Assembly (NCBI GenBank): GCA_032718475.1
Contig: JAUCBJ010009088.1
Coordinates: 102,262 to 166,261 of the forward strand
Reading direction: 5' to 3'
Length of the DNA stretch: 64,000 bases
Origin: Nemertoderma westbladi
Taxonomy: Eukaryota > Animalia > Xenacoelomorpha
A model generated the notes under the pieces. It was not told the DNA's origin, ran no database searches, and was given only the letters and a program-made list of their open reading frames with translations. Position numbers and translations under genes: made by a program. Shown here in pieces: positions 47,901 through 60,504 of this stretch (position 1 is the stretch's first letter; each line of letters starts with the position of its first letter).

Positions 47901-49740
47901 AATGCCACCATCTCGAGGAAACTGGGATCCCGATCTGGGTGTCTGCATCGGAGATCTACGCATTTATACGCCCATTTGCTTTGCAGCCATCCGGGGAACT
48001 TTCGGGCAATCTGTCGGAGGTTTAAAATGTTGTTTACTTGTTCCTCCTTGTTTAATGGTTTTAAAGTGTAGTAGGCATCTTTCATAGAGTCTGAGAACTC
48101 TTGGATATTCTGTGGGTCCCCTAGGGATCCAGCGTCCTGTATCAGTTTCTCGAGCGTCTTATTAATTATAGTTCCGATGTTTCCGTATCTTTTATCTAGA
48201 GTTTTCCATGCGTCATAGTATGCTTCGTGAGATCCTCCTTCGAAACATTTAACGATTCGACGTGGTTTGTCACCCAGGTATTGGGATAAATATACCAGTT
48301 TTTGTGCGTCGGTTATATCCGTTGACCCGATCTGAGCGAAGAACCGTTTCTTAAATCCGAGGTAGTCGACGGGGTCTCCCTCGAAGGTATGGATCTCCAT
48401 CTTGGGCATAGCCAGGCGGTTTTCCAAGGCTCGGATAATGCCGACGTCGTCCGAACTGGAATGACTAGGAGGATTATAGTTATTAACATTCTCTCCCATG
48501 CACGATGGATCGATGAGAAGTGGAGTTTTAATGATGACGCGGTTACGGATTTTTGGTGTGGATGTGAACGGATTGTTGGATCGAGGGGTTGCGTCCCGTT
48601 CCGAGTCCTTTTCAAGCTCGTACTGGGGAACGCTCGGTGCCGTGGGATTGGATGGGAAATAAGGTTCCTCATTTTTAAGTGTAACCGGTGGGGGGTGGAA
48701 TACCGGTGCTTGTGCCGATAACGTAGACTGCATGGTTGGTGGGAACTCAGGTTTCGGGGGTTCCGCAGCCGGCGGTGTAAATGACTTTTCTAACTCCGGG
48801 ACCGGAATTGGTTCATAGTCCTGTTCTATACCCCCTTTCCCAGTCCTTGTATAGTTGAAGGTCTCGCTCTATGAGTGCAGCTTTGTAGTCTGAAAGTTTA
48901 GCAATGTCCGCATTCTTTTTATGAATAAGAATCGCTTGGGCCTTGGTGTTCCGTATAGTTTACTAGTTCGGCCTGTTGTTCGGCCTCTAGTTTACATAGT
49001 TTGGCCTCTTGTTTATTCCTTTCGGCCTCTTGTTTACGTTTTTCGGCCTGTATTTCGGCCTCTTGTTTTTGTCGCTTGGCCTGTATTTCGGCCTCCTGTT
49101 TATGTCTTTCCTCCGCCAGTGCGTCCTGTTCAATCTGTAGTTGGACATATTCGTCTTTCATACGAGCTTTAAGGGCCAATGCCCTCTGTTCTCGTAGCTG
49201 ATCTCGGAGTGGTTGACCCCCTTGAGAACTGCGCGCTGAGCCAGATATCATGCTCCTAGCGCTGGATTGCTGGTGCCTCGAGGACCCAATTCTTTTTCAC
49301 TGAACCATGGTCCTGGTACCGGAGGTCCGTACCGATTCTGCGTCCGCCCTTTCAGTTTGTTTATAATACTGTTCCTCGTAGCCTCTTACGAGGCTGAGGG
49401 TCCTCCGATGTTGCTTGCGGAACTCGTCCAAATGTGTGACGTGTTCTTCGAGTCTAGGGTAGTTTCCCAGGTCGGTTGCGGGAATGAGTTCCTGATATGC
49501 CTGTATCATCCTTTCATATCATTGTAAGATACTTCGGATATTCTGTAATTGAGTCTGTATATCGCTGAGGGGGGTCTTGGCTCCCTTTAGTTGTTTCTTG
49601 ATGTGGTGGTATGCTTGAGTCACTCCGCCTTTGAGAGCTCCCAGTCGACGGGCCATGTTCTTCACATTCGGTACCTCTTCGGTTTCCGAGTCTGTGTGGG
49701 GGTCCATTCCATCAGTATCGGAGACGTTATTCGTCGTCAT
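44919..49740 (-). pseudogene. Second BEL/Pao element, decayed gag-pol (Gag, PR, RT, RNase H; integrase missing)
   Basis: DUF1759-like FEGDPVDY...QKLVYLSQYL; knuckles CLFCEEKH, CFRCFGTGHYVRDC, CAVCNDLRHHTLLH; FLDNGSDGT; DIKAMFHQV; YVDD at 45934-45945; FQLHTFSDA, TIPRLEL, WVDS, NPADLSSRG; several stops and frameshifts; no LTR identified. Confidence 0.9.
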
Positions 49741-49928
49741 TCTAGCGCCTCGTTGATCCCGAGATATGCAATATCGTAGAATAGTTCTTTGTAAGTCTCG
49801 TATTCAGCCTGGACTACCCGAACGGTAATCCTGAATCGTCCAACGTTCGTTCCTTGTACTTCGACTTCGACGTGCCAGATTCCTGGCTCAACTTGGATGA
49901 TATCAATAGGTGTGATCGATACTTCCAT
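49737..49928 (-). CDS. 63-aa upstream ORF whose stop overlaps the gag start (ATGA)
   Basis: TGA 49739-49737 overlaps ATG 49740-49738; protein-like composition. Confidence 0.35.
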   Translation of the reverse strand: MEVSITPIDIIQVEPGIWHVEVEVQGTNVGRFRITVRVVQAEYETYKELFYDIAYLGINEALE

Positions 49929-50557
49929 TCCCTGTTAACGACTCTCTTATTTATGATCTGCCGACTATGAGTATTTTAGTTCGAGTTTGTAATTTGATTG
50001 AACCACGGCTTTGTCTTAAATCAAATACCAGAGTTTCCTCGTAGTGGGTGCTGGTTAAGCACGGAGAGAGTTTGAAGAGTACTGTAGAATTCCCAACTTC
50101 CACCAGTTGAAGTTGGCCTCATCTTGTTCTCAATTTTGTTGCCGTTATTCCAGACACCATGGGGGAAAACGCCGATGCTGGAGGCAGAACTTTTAGACCA
50201 CGGAATTCCGGCCAGTCACCGGATATTGGGAGTGTAGAAGGAATACTTTCTTAAAAATGCAAGATTGCGGTTGAGAAAAAGATGCATTGGTTGAATATAA
50301 TCTTTAATGTAACTTCCCTACGGTTGAATCTTGTACATTGAACACCAAATAATGCAGCTTTTTCTAAAGTTGAACCCTGATTGAGAATAAGTTGGGCTTC
50401 CCCACACCAATATACACCAAATATTGACAATAATATATGACAATATAAATTCCTACAGTACATTATTTAATTACCCACTGTTCGCTTTAGATTTTAACCT
50501 AACTAATGTTCCCCATTTTCCCTCGGTCCTAGTCTCGGTACTGTAGTGTCGGTGTCG

Positions 50558-51050
50558 GTCGACCCTGTTGCGTGTCCATCCCACCCTTCCTGAACCCCGA
50601 AGGGATCGGTCATCAGGAAAGCGGTACGGCTTGGATAAGGGTCGGTCAAGTCGGTAGACCCGGTTGCGTGTCTGTCCCACCCTTCCCGAACCCCGAAGGG
50701 ATCGGTCATCAGGAAAGCGGTACGGCTTGGCTAGGGGTCTGTCAAGTCGGTGGACCCGTTTGCGTGTCCGTCCCACCCTTCCCGAACCCCGAAGGGATCA
50801 GTCATCAGGAAAGCGGTACGGCTTGGCTAGGGGTCCGTCGGTTCATCACAGGGACCCAACCACCTAAGCTTTCCGAATCCTTTTCAGGCTCGTAGTCGCT
50901 TCGGTAGCCGAGAAGCTGCTCCGAACAGTCGGTAGGCCAGTGGAGTCCGGTCCTTTGTCTTTCGACCCCGTTGCGTGTCCGTCCCACCCTTCCCGAACCC
51001 CGAAGGGATCGGTCATCAGGAAAGCGGTACGGCTTGGCAAGGGGTCTGTC
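50558..51050 (-). repeat. ~96-bp repeats (3 tandem + 1 dispersed) with a C(UUCG)G hairpin in the presumed leader of the second BEL element
   Basis: Minus strand CCGATCCC-TTCG-GGGTTCGG in each copy; TCCTTATTCAGGCTCGTA-like motif also recurs four times up to ~51340. Confidence 0.85.
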
Positions 51051-52407
51051 AGCCCGTCATGAGCCCCAACTGTTGGTAGTTTTCTGAGTCCTTATTCAGG
51101 CTCGTACTAACGCTGGTCGTGGAACCCACTCCAGGAAGGCAGTCCTCGTTGAACCCTTCCTCCGTTTAGTCGGTCGACCCGTCGCAAGTCCCTGGCGTAT
51201 GTCGGCAAGCTTTCCGAGTCCTTATTCAGGCTCGTAATAACTGCCGCCGACCAGGGACCACTAAGGATCTGTCTGTCGGTTCCCGTCGCAAATCCCTGAC
51301 ACAAGCAGCAGACTTTCCAAGTCCTTATTCAGGCTCGTAATAACTCTGTTGGCCAGGGACCGCTAAGGGCAGTCCTTGTCCCTAGGCCTAGCGAGTTACC
51401 AAATCCACCTCTACAGGCAGCAGGAAGTTGGCTAGGCCTAATAGTATTCCGGCAAACCAGAGTACTGCTTAACTTTGCCTCCCACCCCTGGCCCTTAAAT
51501 ATCTGACATGAGTCCCGTACCCTGTAATTCGCCCCAATATTCGCCCATAGATCGCCCCCAGTCCATTGAATGTGCCCAAGTTCCATGTTCCCGCACCCAG
51601 TATTGATATTGGAATATTCATTTCAAATAAATCCAAAAAATATTCAATTCGCGTTAAGAAAAGTTGAAATACCGCAAACAAAGTAGATGTTAAACGAAAC
51701 CAAATAAAAATACATGAAAATAACGGAATAAAAAACCCAATAATAAGTGTTTCGATTGGTTAAATTTTCTTAATGTTTTAAAGAAAATTTTCAAACCCAA
51801 TAAACATATAGTTAGGTTTTTGCGATCATTTATAAACAAAAATGTTTGTTACAAAATCATTTAGCGGGTTCGTCAAACCTCACATTCTGACGTTTTTAAT
51901 GTGATTTTAAATTCGACAAACCAGAAACGACCATAACTCCGGAACCGAGATTGCAGTATTGCAACATCACTGGGCTTTCATCAACGGGCAGGGATCACTC
52001 CAGAGAACATTTTTATCTTTTATTCGCCACACCAAAGTGAATGGATCTCAAAATCCTACGAATACCCCAATATATATCATCAGTGAGTTAGGGCATCCTC
52101 CAGAGAATATTCCTAGCCTTCAAACTGCATCCCAAAGTGAAGTAAACTCGAGTTATCATCGTTCAAAGAATTAGCCAATCAGGCGCCGTATCTGATGACC
52201 ACAGTATGGGGGTGACTTAAGTAATCAACAAGAGATTCAGAACACCATCCAAAATTATTTATACGATTTATATAAATAATTATATTATATATATTATTTA
52301 TATTATTTAAAATTAATTATACGTGAATTTAAACTTGAAATTGAGCGGTACCTAATATGTATAAAACAAGGAAGGTTATGAGCACCAAAGAATTCAGACA
52401 TACTACA

Positions 52408-55400
52408 TTTTTTTTTTTTTTTTTTTTTTTTTCGTATAGAGGCCGCTCGATGGCGCCATATATTAAAATAGGTTTGGTTAAAATCATGGTACATAGCACA
52501 TACCAATATATAAAATACAACAGGTACAGTTGCACAAATACATAAGAATTAGGTAGTCAATAAAATATACAACCCCCAGTGAATAAAATATACATCCCCC
52601 CAGTCAATAAAATATATATCCCCCCAGGGGATACACATCATCACTAGTATAGTGTTAAATACAAAATACATAAATACATGATATAACCATCACTTATAAC
52701 CAATACATGATATAAACAGATACAGGTTACAGATCCCGAATCAAATTTGTTTATATATTAGAAGAATATAAACTGTCAGGGGGGTCGGAATTTCGGCTAA
52801 TTAGAAATATCAGATTGTTGTATTGGTCCCAATTAGGTTAATTAAATTCCAAAGTAATCTAGTATATGCTTATGTCGGTCGCCGAATGGTATCGCCATTT
52901 GATAGCAGTTTGAGATGAAATTAGCGTCACTTTGTTCTTTCAAGCTTAATTCGCCGGGCTTTATGTTTGAAATTACTCTCCGTCTTGAGTACGTAGAGGT
53001 CAACAGCGAGCGAAGGGAGGGCAACGGGTAGGATTTGGCTGCGTTGTGATAAGTGCTGCCCAATCCAATATGGGGTTTACGGGGAATGTTGTGTAAGAGG
53101 GCGTAGCAGAGTCCTGTCTGTAAAACCTCGTTAGTGCACGATTCCAGGCGGATAATTGTTCCAACTATCGATTTAAAGGCCTCGTCCGCTACATAGCCAC
53201 ATCCCATTAGTTTATAGACAGTGTTGTTACTGGCATAGTTGCCGAGGCAGAGTAGCCTTCGTAATAATTTCCTGTAGTGGATTTCCAGGGTTTCGGTTTG
53301 GGATTTCGAGAGTGCGCCAAACAAGAATTTAATCTTGTACAATGCTGATGGGATACCAATGCCATTCCATAACCTCCCAAGTGTTTCACAGTCTAACCAG
53401 CGAGCAGTCCAAGATCTGCTTCTAAAGATTTCACAGGTGGTGGATAAGGTGGTGATGCAGTACTGTAGGGCATCGTACTTCCTAATAGCAAGGTTAAACC
53501 CTAAGAAGTAAAGTGTTGTACTTTCGGGGATTAGGTATCCATTGATATCCAGGAAGGCAGGGTACGAGGTAGGTGAACTGCAGAACCATTTTGTTTTGGA
53601 ATGTTCAAGTTCTAGATCCAGCTTGTGGCACTCGTCCATTATAAGTTTCATCATCCTTGTAATTTCTAACGAGCTGGTAGCCTGTAGAAGGAAGTCGTCA
53701 GCATAGCCAATTACTCCAACCCATGCTGACCCAATGGAGCATCCTAGTTTATCAGCTTGCAGCTTGTTAAGGATGGTGGACGTATATATGTTGAAAAACG
53801 AGGGCGATAGTACTGATCCTTGTTTAAGTCCCTTAAGTATACTGTAGGCTGGTAATTCCACATGTTCACCAAACTTAAGGTAGATGATGGTAGCCATGTA
53901 GTAGCGACATAGGACTATCACAATGTATGGGTTGATTGATTCCGATAACTTGTACATTAACTTGGCAAGGTTCACCTCGTCAAATGCAGACTTGATGTCC
54001 ATTTGACACACAAAGAGAGGTGATCTTTGACGGTAAAATTCCACGCATTCCAAGGCTAGACCAATTGCCATGTCTATTCCAATTCTTTTTTTAAAACCTA
54101 GTTGATTTGGATTTGTTAGAATTTCATAATCTGAGAGGTACAGTGATAAGATAGTTCCCTCAAAGATCTTAGCAAAAATATGGATAGACGCGATTGGACG
54201 GTAAGAGGATAGTAACTAGCGGTTCTTCTTCTTCCCCTTATACACATGAGTAACAGTAGTGTTTCCAAATGAGGAAGGTACTTCACCAAGCCTAATTGCT
54301 CCATTAAGTATGTTGGCAATAGTTCTGGAGGTGGAGGTTGGATTTGTATTAAGTAGGTGCTCTGCTGTCAGAGACATAAAATCGGGTGATTTCCCTTTGT
54401 TGAGTTTAATAATAACTTGCTTCACAACTATGGGTGAAATGGATGGCATAAGCTCATTGTCACATTTGTCTCTCAGATTCCCTACTAGATCGTTCAGGTC
54501 GCTATGCTCTTTCTTTATTTTCTCAGATGGGGTGCATAGTTCAAATTTCTTCCTAAGCTCATGTTGTACATTGTCAGGTGGTGCAGGTGAGTGTTTGCTG
54601 CCAAAATGGGACCAGAACATTTTTGGATTACCCTTAAAGGAGTTGCAAGCATGGGTCAGGTTGCTTTGAACTTGTTGTTTGGTTAATGTGTTTCGCAGGC
54701 GACGGACTATAGACTTGGATGAGCAAAAACTGGCCTTAAATTTTTCCTTTTCATCATAATTTGTTGAATTTTTCCATAATGAATGTAACTTTTTTGAGAC
54801 AGAAATGCGTTCCTTAAGCAGAGTTGAATGAACCCATGGCTTCTTCATTTGTTTTGGCGCCTTCTTCCTTTTCCTCAGTGGTATATGTTTACGTGCTGCT
54901 TCAATGAAGATCCCTTCAACTCTTTTTGTGTATTCGTTCAGGTCTTCTGTACTCCACTGTGAGAGGGTTGATTCAAATTTCTCATTCAGAATATTAAGGT
55001 GGTCATCTACTTCGGTTTCATACTTGTTTCGGTTTTCGGGGCATGTCAGTGACCAGTGATACTTTGGTATAGTTACGCGGAACAAGTTCTGTGCCTCATC
55101 CCCGGTGGAGGCGTTTCGGGTGTGTGTCGGCATCTTTGGAGAGAAGTGAACCTCCACTGGTGTGTGGTCGGATAGATTCTTAGACTGGTCCATGCAGTGC
55201 ACTTTCCCTGAATGAGAGATGGTGTCTAGCGGGGCGATTACGTGGTCCAAGTATGATATACCTGTATCCCCTCTATAGAAGCTATGACAAGGGCCGTTTA
55301 TTGTTGCAAACGTATCGAAAGCTGCCATACTGTTGCGTGTCAGAAAGCGATGTAACTTTTTCCCTCTAGGGGTTGCCTTCGATCTGTTGCATCGCGTACC

Positions 55401-55475
55401 TTGAAGAGGTCCAACATCCGCATTGCTATCCATTAGGACGATTGGAGTTAGGTCATTGTTTACATCCAGATCCAT
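52408..55475 (-). mobile_element. 5'-truncated APE-RT LINE with poly-A tail (clade unresolved)
   Basis: APE C-terminal motifs SYLDHV and NLSDHTPV; RT motifs QLGFKK, DIKSAFDEV, GLKQGSVLSPSFFNIY, YADD; frameshift near 54220; T25 run at 52408-52432. Confidence 0.88.
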
Positions 55476-56666
55476 TTGTGAGGTATCTTAAATAGCATTC
55501 TTGCAGCATTGTTATATGCAACTCTAGACCTTGTGTACACGCCAGCGGAAAAGTTACTAAGAGCCCACAAGGCATTGCAATACAATGGTGTTAAGTGTTG
55601 CGCGTAACAACATAACCTTTAACGGTCATTAACGGTCGGATATACGGCATCGGCGCCACAGACTTTTTTGTGTAGAATAAAATTCCGAACAACTTTGTGA
55701 TGTTACGTTTTTTCATAGCTCTTAGTGTTTTCTAGTTTCGACGCTAATTAGTTTTCGGCTAATTAGTACTAATTAACAGTAATAGGAGGGCCATAGCGAT
55801 GATTGAACTTTTTTTTGATCTTACAGAGATGAACAAAAAAAACACCGTTGCTAGGGGAAAAACCAAATACTTTTCGAGAAAAGTCAATTAGAAATCTTTA
55901 ATCGCTAATTACTAATTAATTAATTTACAGATTTTTGCCTAATATTTCTCTGTTGTGCGCGCTCGGGTCCTTTATAAGATCGCGCAAACAGAATCGTTCT
56001 AGCTTTCGCCGTTCTCCTGGAAAAATCCTTTAAAAATCGACCTAAAAAAGATCAAAGGAGAGTGCCTACTTGACAGGGCGTACACCATAATACTATCTTA
56101 TGAGATTTTACTTTGGTGTTTATTTTAGTTTGCTAAGTTCCATTAAAAAGGCTGCGTTATTTCTTTTTCATAAGACTCTGTCGAGCCTTTGGGTCTCCAG
56201 TGGCAGCCTATTGCTCAAGTGGGATCAGACAATAGCGAAACAGTAGCCCTGACACCCCATTGGTCAGGGCAGAATGCATTAACCCTCTCTCAATCTACCG
56301 ATAGGTAGTACCACTGTTATAGCAATTGATACTTTAGTTCAGTAGGCTACACCACACGGGCATCTCAAACCCTGAGTTGTTGAGATCATAGAACATAGAA
56401 CATATATATAACATAGGTAACCCCAAACAAACTAACAAAAAACATAGAATCAGGACGCTGTGGCGATGGCGTCCAGCCACGAAACGAAAACGTATATAAC
56501 TCAAGTTCGAGTGATTGCTGAAGGCATACTGCAGTACCGTGGTACAATTCTGTAAGTCGGCCTAGACTTCATCTCTAGGGTTGCTAGGCGACCGTAATAA
56601 CAAAGTTTCTGAGACTGTACAATGTATGTGGGGCTGCCACATGACCCCCCCCAGTCTCGAAACGTA

Positions 56667-59600
56667 TCATAGATAATCAGGCGGACGGACCGTCCGGCCC
56701 GATCGAGTTTGTACGGGCGGTTGGGCTGGGGTTGGTGGTCTTTGCGTTAGTACCGGCGGTGTAGGAGGTACCGGAGGTGCGTTCGGGGGTCGACCTCGGC
56801 GCCGCGGTTGGCTGATAACGACTGGCTCGGTAAAATCGAGATGGGCCGGTTTGAGTCGGTCGACTGAAATCGTTTCAGTTCGACCGCCCATCTCGATCTT
56901 AAATGTTTTGGGTCCGGGGGTGAGGACCTTGTAAGGCCCCTCGTAGGGGCGATTGAATGGCGTCCAGTGGGCGTTGCGCCGGACGAAAACGTAGGTAGCA
57001 TCGTGGAGGTCCGGTGGAACCGACGACGGAGTCAGTCCGTGGCGTGACGTCGGTACCGGAGCGAACCGCCCGACCGTATCCCGGAGTTGAGGGAGGATCG
57101 TGGACGGCGAGTGCTGGGCGCTCGTAGCCGGCGGAAGGAACTCGCCCGGGACGGTGAGGGGGGCACCGTAGACCAGCTCGGCGGAGGAGGTCCCCAAGTC
57201 TTCCTTGGGAGCAGTCCGGATTCCGAGGAGAACCCACGGCAACTCGTCGACCCAATCGGGGCCGGTGAGCGAGGCCCGCAGGGCGGACTTTAGGTGGCGG
57301 TGGAAACGTTCCACCAGTCCGTTCACCTGCGGGTGGTAGGCCGTGGTGCGGTGCAGTTGGGTGCCCAGCAGCTGGTTGACGGCGGACCAGAGCTGGGAGG
57401 TAAACTGCGAACCGTGGTCGGAGGAGAGATCCGCAGGGACGCCGAACCGGGATATCCAGTTGGAGATGAGAGCCCGGGCGCAACTCTCGGTGGAGGTCTC
57501 GGTGAGGGGCACGGCCTCTGGCCACCGAGTGAACCGGTCTACCATCGTCAGCAGGTGAGTGAACCCGCGCGACGGTGGTAGAGGGCCGACCAGATCCACG
57601 TGGATGTGGTCGAACCGGCGGTGGGGGGTGGCGAAGGTGCCGAGGGGCGCGCGGACATGGCGTTGCACCTTGGAAGACTGGCAAGGGATGCAGGTCTTCG
57701 CCCACTCGCCCACCTCTTTGCGGAGGCCGTGCCACATGAACCTGTCGGCGACGAGTTTCTTGGTGGTACGAGCGCCGGGGTGAGACAGGCCGTGTAGGGC
57801 GTCGAAGACGCGCCGTCGCCAGGCGACGGGGACGACGGGGCGCGGGTGTCCGAGAGAAACGTCGCAAAGAAGAGTGACGTTGGCGGGGGCGAGCGGGACG
57901 TCTTCCAGTTGGAGGCCGGACACGGCGGAGCGGTAGGTTGGCAGCTCGGGGTCGGCGAGTTGGGCAGACGCCATAGCCGTGTAGTCGAGGCCGGGGAGGA
58001 GGGTTCGAACCGCGCTGACGGTAGTCCTGGAGAGCGCATCCGCCACACAGTTGTCTTTGCCGGCAACGTGTTCAATCGCCGTGGTGAACTCGGAAATGTA
58101 GGCGATGTGCCGTTGTTGCCGATTCGACCACGGGTCGCTGATCTTGGCGAATGCGAACGTCAGGGGTTTGTGGTCTGTGTATGCGGTGAATACACGGCCC
58201 TCCAGGTAGTACCGGAAATGGCGGACAGCGAGGTACAGCGCGAGGAGTTCCCGGTCGAACGCGCTGTACTTCACCTCCGGGGGTCGAAGTTGGCGGCTGA
58301 AGAACGCCAGGGGGCGCCACGAGTCGCCGACGAGCTGTTCTAGAACGGCGCCCACCGCCGTGCCGGATGCATCCACGGTGAGCGCCGTCGGTGCGTTGGC
58401 GTTGGGATGGGCGAGCATCGTGGCGTTGGCGAGGGCTTCCTTGGCGTTCCGGAACGCCGCCGCCATGTCGGGGGTCCAGTCGAGGGACTTGGGTTTACCG
58501 GCAAGGGCCGCATAGAGGGACCGCATGATGGCGGCGGCCGCGGGGACGAACCGATGATAGAAGTTCACCATCCCCACGAACTCCTGCAGGCCCTTGATGG
58601 TGGTCGGCTGGGTGAACTCCCGGATGGCGGCGATCTTGTCGGGGAGCGGGACGGCGCCGTGGGCCGAGATTCGGTGGCCGAGGAAGTCGATGGTCGACCG
58701 ACCGAACTCGCACTTGGCGAGGTTGATCACGAGGCCGTGTTCTTGGAGGCGCGTGAAGAGCTGACGGAGGTGGTCACGGTGTTCCTTGGGGGACCGACTC
58801 GCGACGAGGACGTCGTCTAGGTAGACGAAGAGGAAGTCGAGTCCCTGGCACACCGTGTCCATCAGTCTCTGGAAGGCCTGGGCCGCGTTCTTCAGCCCGA
58901 ACGGCATTCGAAGGAATTCAAACAGGCCGAACGGGGTTATAACCGCGGTCTTGGCGATGTCGGCCTCGGTTACGGGGATCTGGTGGTAGCCGCGCACCAG
59001 ATCGATCTTAGAAAAGATCTTCGCCCCTGCCAGTCTGGAGGAGATGTCCTGGATATGGGGGATGGGGTACCGGTCCGGAGTCGTGGCGTCGTTGAGGCGT
59101 CGGTAGTCGCCACACGGCCACCATCCACCCGAGGGTTTAGGGGCCATGTGGAGGGGTGACACCAGGGGCTGTTGGACTGGCGGATGATCCCCATCTCCTC
59201 CATCTTCCGGAACTCGTCCCGCGCGATCTCGAGTTTGTCTGGAGGCAGACGACGGGCGCGGGAGTAGACCGGGGGTCCCTCGGTGGGGATGTAATGTTTG
59301 ACCCCGTGTTTCGCGGTGGGGTCAGAGAACCGAGGGATCGTAATATCGGGGAACTCGGCGAGGAGCCGAGCGAACTCGTCGTCCGAGGCGGTGACAGAAC
59401 CGAGGTGGGGGGCGTGGCCCGTAGTCCGCTCGCACGGGATCGAGGTCAACGTCTCGGCGTCGACCAGACGGCGGCCTCTCAGGTCGACCAACATGTTGTT
59501 CGCTCGGAGGAAGTCGGCTCCGAGGAGAGGCTGGGCGACGTCGGCCGCGATAAACTTCCACTGGAACCGGCGAGAGTGGAAGTCGAGTTTGACGGAGCGG

Positions 59601-59815
59601 TCGCCGTACGTTCGGATGTACGTTTTGTTGGCGGCGAGGAGGGGCGGCCCGCTCTGTCCCGAACATTCCTCGCGAGTCGTCGCGGGAATAACGCTTACCT
59701 CCGCCCCGGTGTCGACCAAGAAGCGTTTCCCTGAAACGCGGTCCCAGGCAAACAGCAGCAGGTCGGTGTGGCCGGCCGTTGTAGCTGCTACAAACGGCCG
59801 GCTGGGGCGTTTCCC
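56667..59815 (-). CDS. pol: Gypsy Pol (PR-RT-RNase H-IN), broken by an apparent 1-bp deletion near 59160
   Basis: [10 protein letters not shown]; SNSPW|SPLHM frame switch; YLDD; VDAS, RELLA, TDHKPL; HHCC zinc finger and integrase core ([23 protein letters not shown]); GPY. Confidence 0.92.
59771..59815 (-). promoter_or_regulatory. -1 ribosomal frameshift signal (G GGA AAC plus downstream hairpin)
   Basis: Heptamer GGGAAAC at 59815-59809 in the gag/pol overlap, followed after 6 nt by GCCGGCCGTTTGTAGC-A-GCTACAACGGCCGGC. Confidence 0.75.
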
Positions 59816-60504
59816 TGGTAACTGCAGGGCTGGCGGCACTTCCTGGCTGTGGGGCCGAACGTCTGGTGATAATAGCACCAGTCCGGGTTCGAGTTCGGGG
59901 CCCGCGGGGCGGGAGTCGACGCCGACGAGGAGTTCTTGCCGGTTCGCTGTGGCGGGACCGGCGTCGGTTTCCTGACGGCGTGGGCCACAAGTGAGGTCTG
60001 CCGGGAGGCCTCCCACAGCGCGTCGGCCCGGTCCGCAACCCTGTCGAGGTCGCAGAAGTCCTCCTCCGCGAGTTGGAGGCGGATTGCGGCGGGCATCTGC
60101 TGGAGGAAGGCCTCCTCGAAGAGGAGTCCCGCGTTGTCGTCGCCGAGGAGCGCCTGCATTTCTCCGAGGAGTTGCGAGGGGCGCCGGTCACCGAGGCCGT
60201 CGAGGTCCCAGAGTCGGGCTGCGCGCTCGCGTCGGGAGAGCCCGAAGGCCTTGAGAAGTTGGCCCTTGAGTTTGAGGTACTTATCAGTTGCTGGAGGGTT
60301 CCGGATGAGTTTTAGGAGGCGAGCGGCTGTCTCCTGGTCGAGGGCCCCCACCACGTAATAATATTTGGTAGCGTCCTCGGTGATGCTCCGTATGTGGAAC
60401 TGCGCCTCCGCCTGGGCGAACCACACCTCGGGTTGGGTGGTCCAGAATGGAGGCAGTTTAATAGAAACGGCGTTGGCGGTCGCTTCGGCCATTGTCGTCA
60501 ACAC
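59788..60504 (-). CDS. gag: Gypsy Gag with CHCC motif
   Basis: IKLPPFW...WFAQAEAQF; CYYHQTFGPTARKCRQPC (C-x2-H-x9-C-x3-C). Confidence 0.92.
   Translation of the reverse strand: MLTTMAEATANAVSIKLPPFWTTQPEVWFAQAEAQFHIRSITEDATKYYYVVGALDQETAARLLKLIRNPPATDKYLKLKGQLLKAFGLSRRERAARLWDLDGLGDRRPSQLLGEMQALLGDDNAGLLFEEAFLQQMPAAIRLQLAEEDFCDLDRVADRADALWEASRQTSLVAHAVRKPTPVPPQRTGKNSSSASTPAPRAPNSNPDWCYYHQTFGPTARKCRQPCSYQGNAPAGRL

Noticed and set aside
50600-51020. CTGATGA-hairpin-GAAG on the minus strand of the 96-bp repeats as a hammerhead
   Set aside because: GAAG instead of GAAA, no NUH or stem I partner, and CTTTCCTGA can itself pair with TCGGGAAGG in a simple hairpin
55490-56090. Possible further TIR element (GTGTACACGCC ... 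GGGCGTACACC)
   Set aside because: TIR match imperfect and no TSD identified
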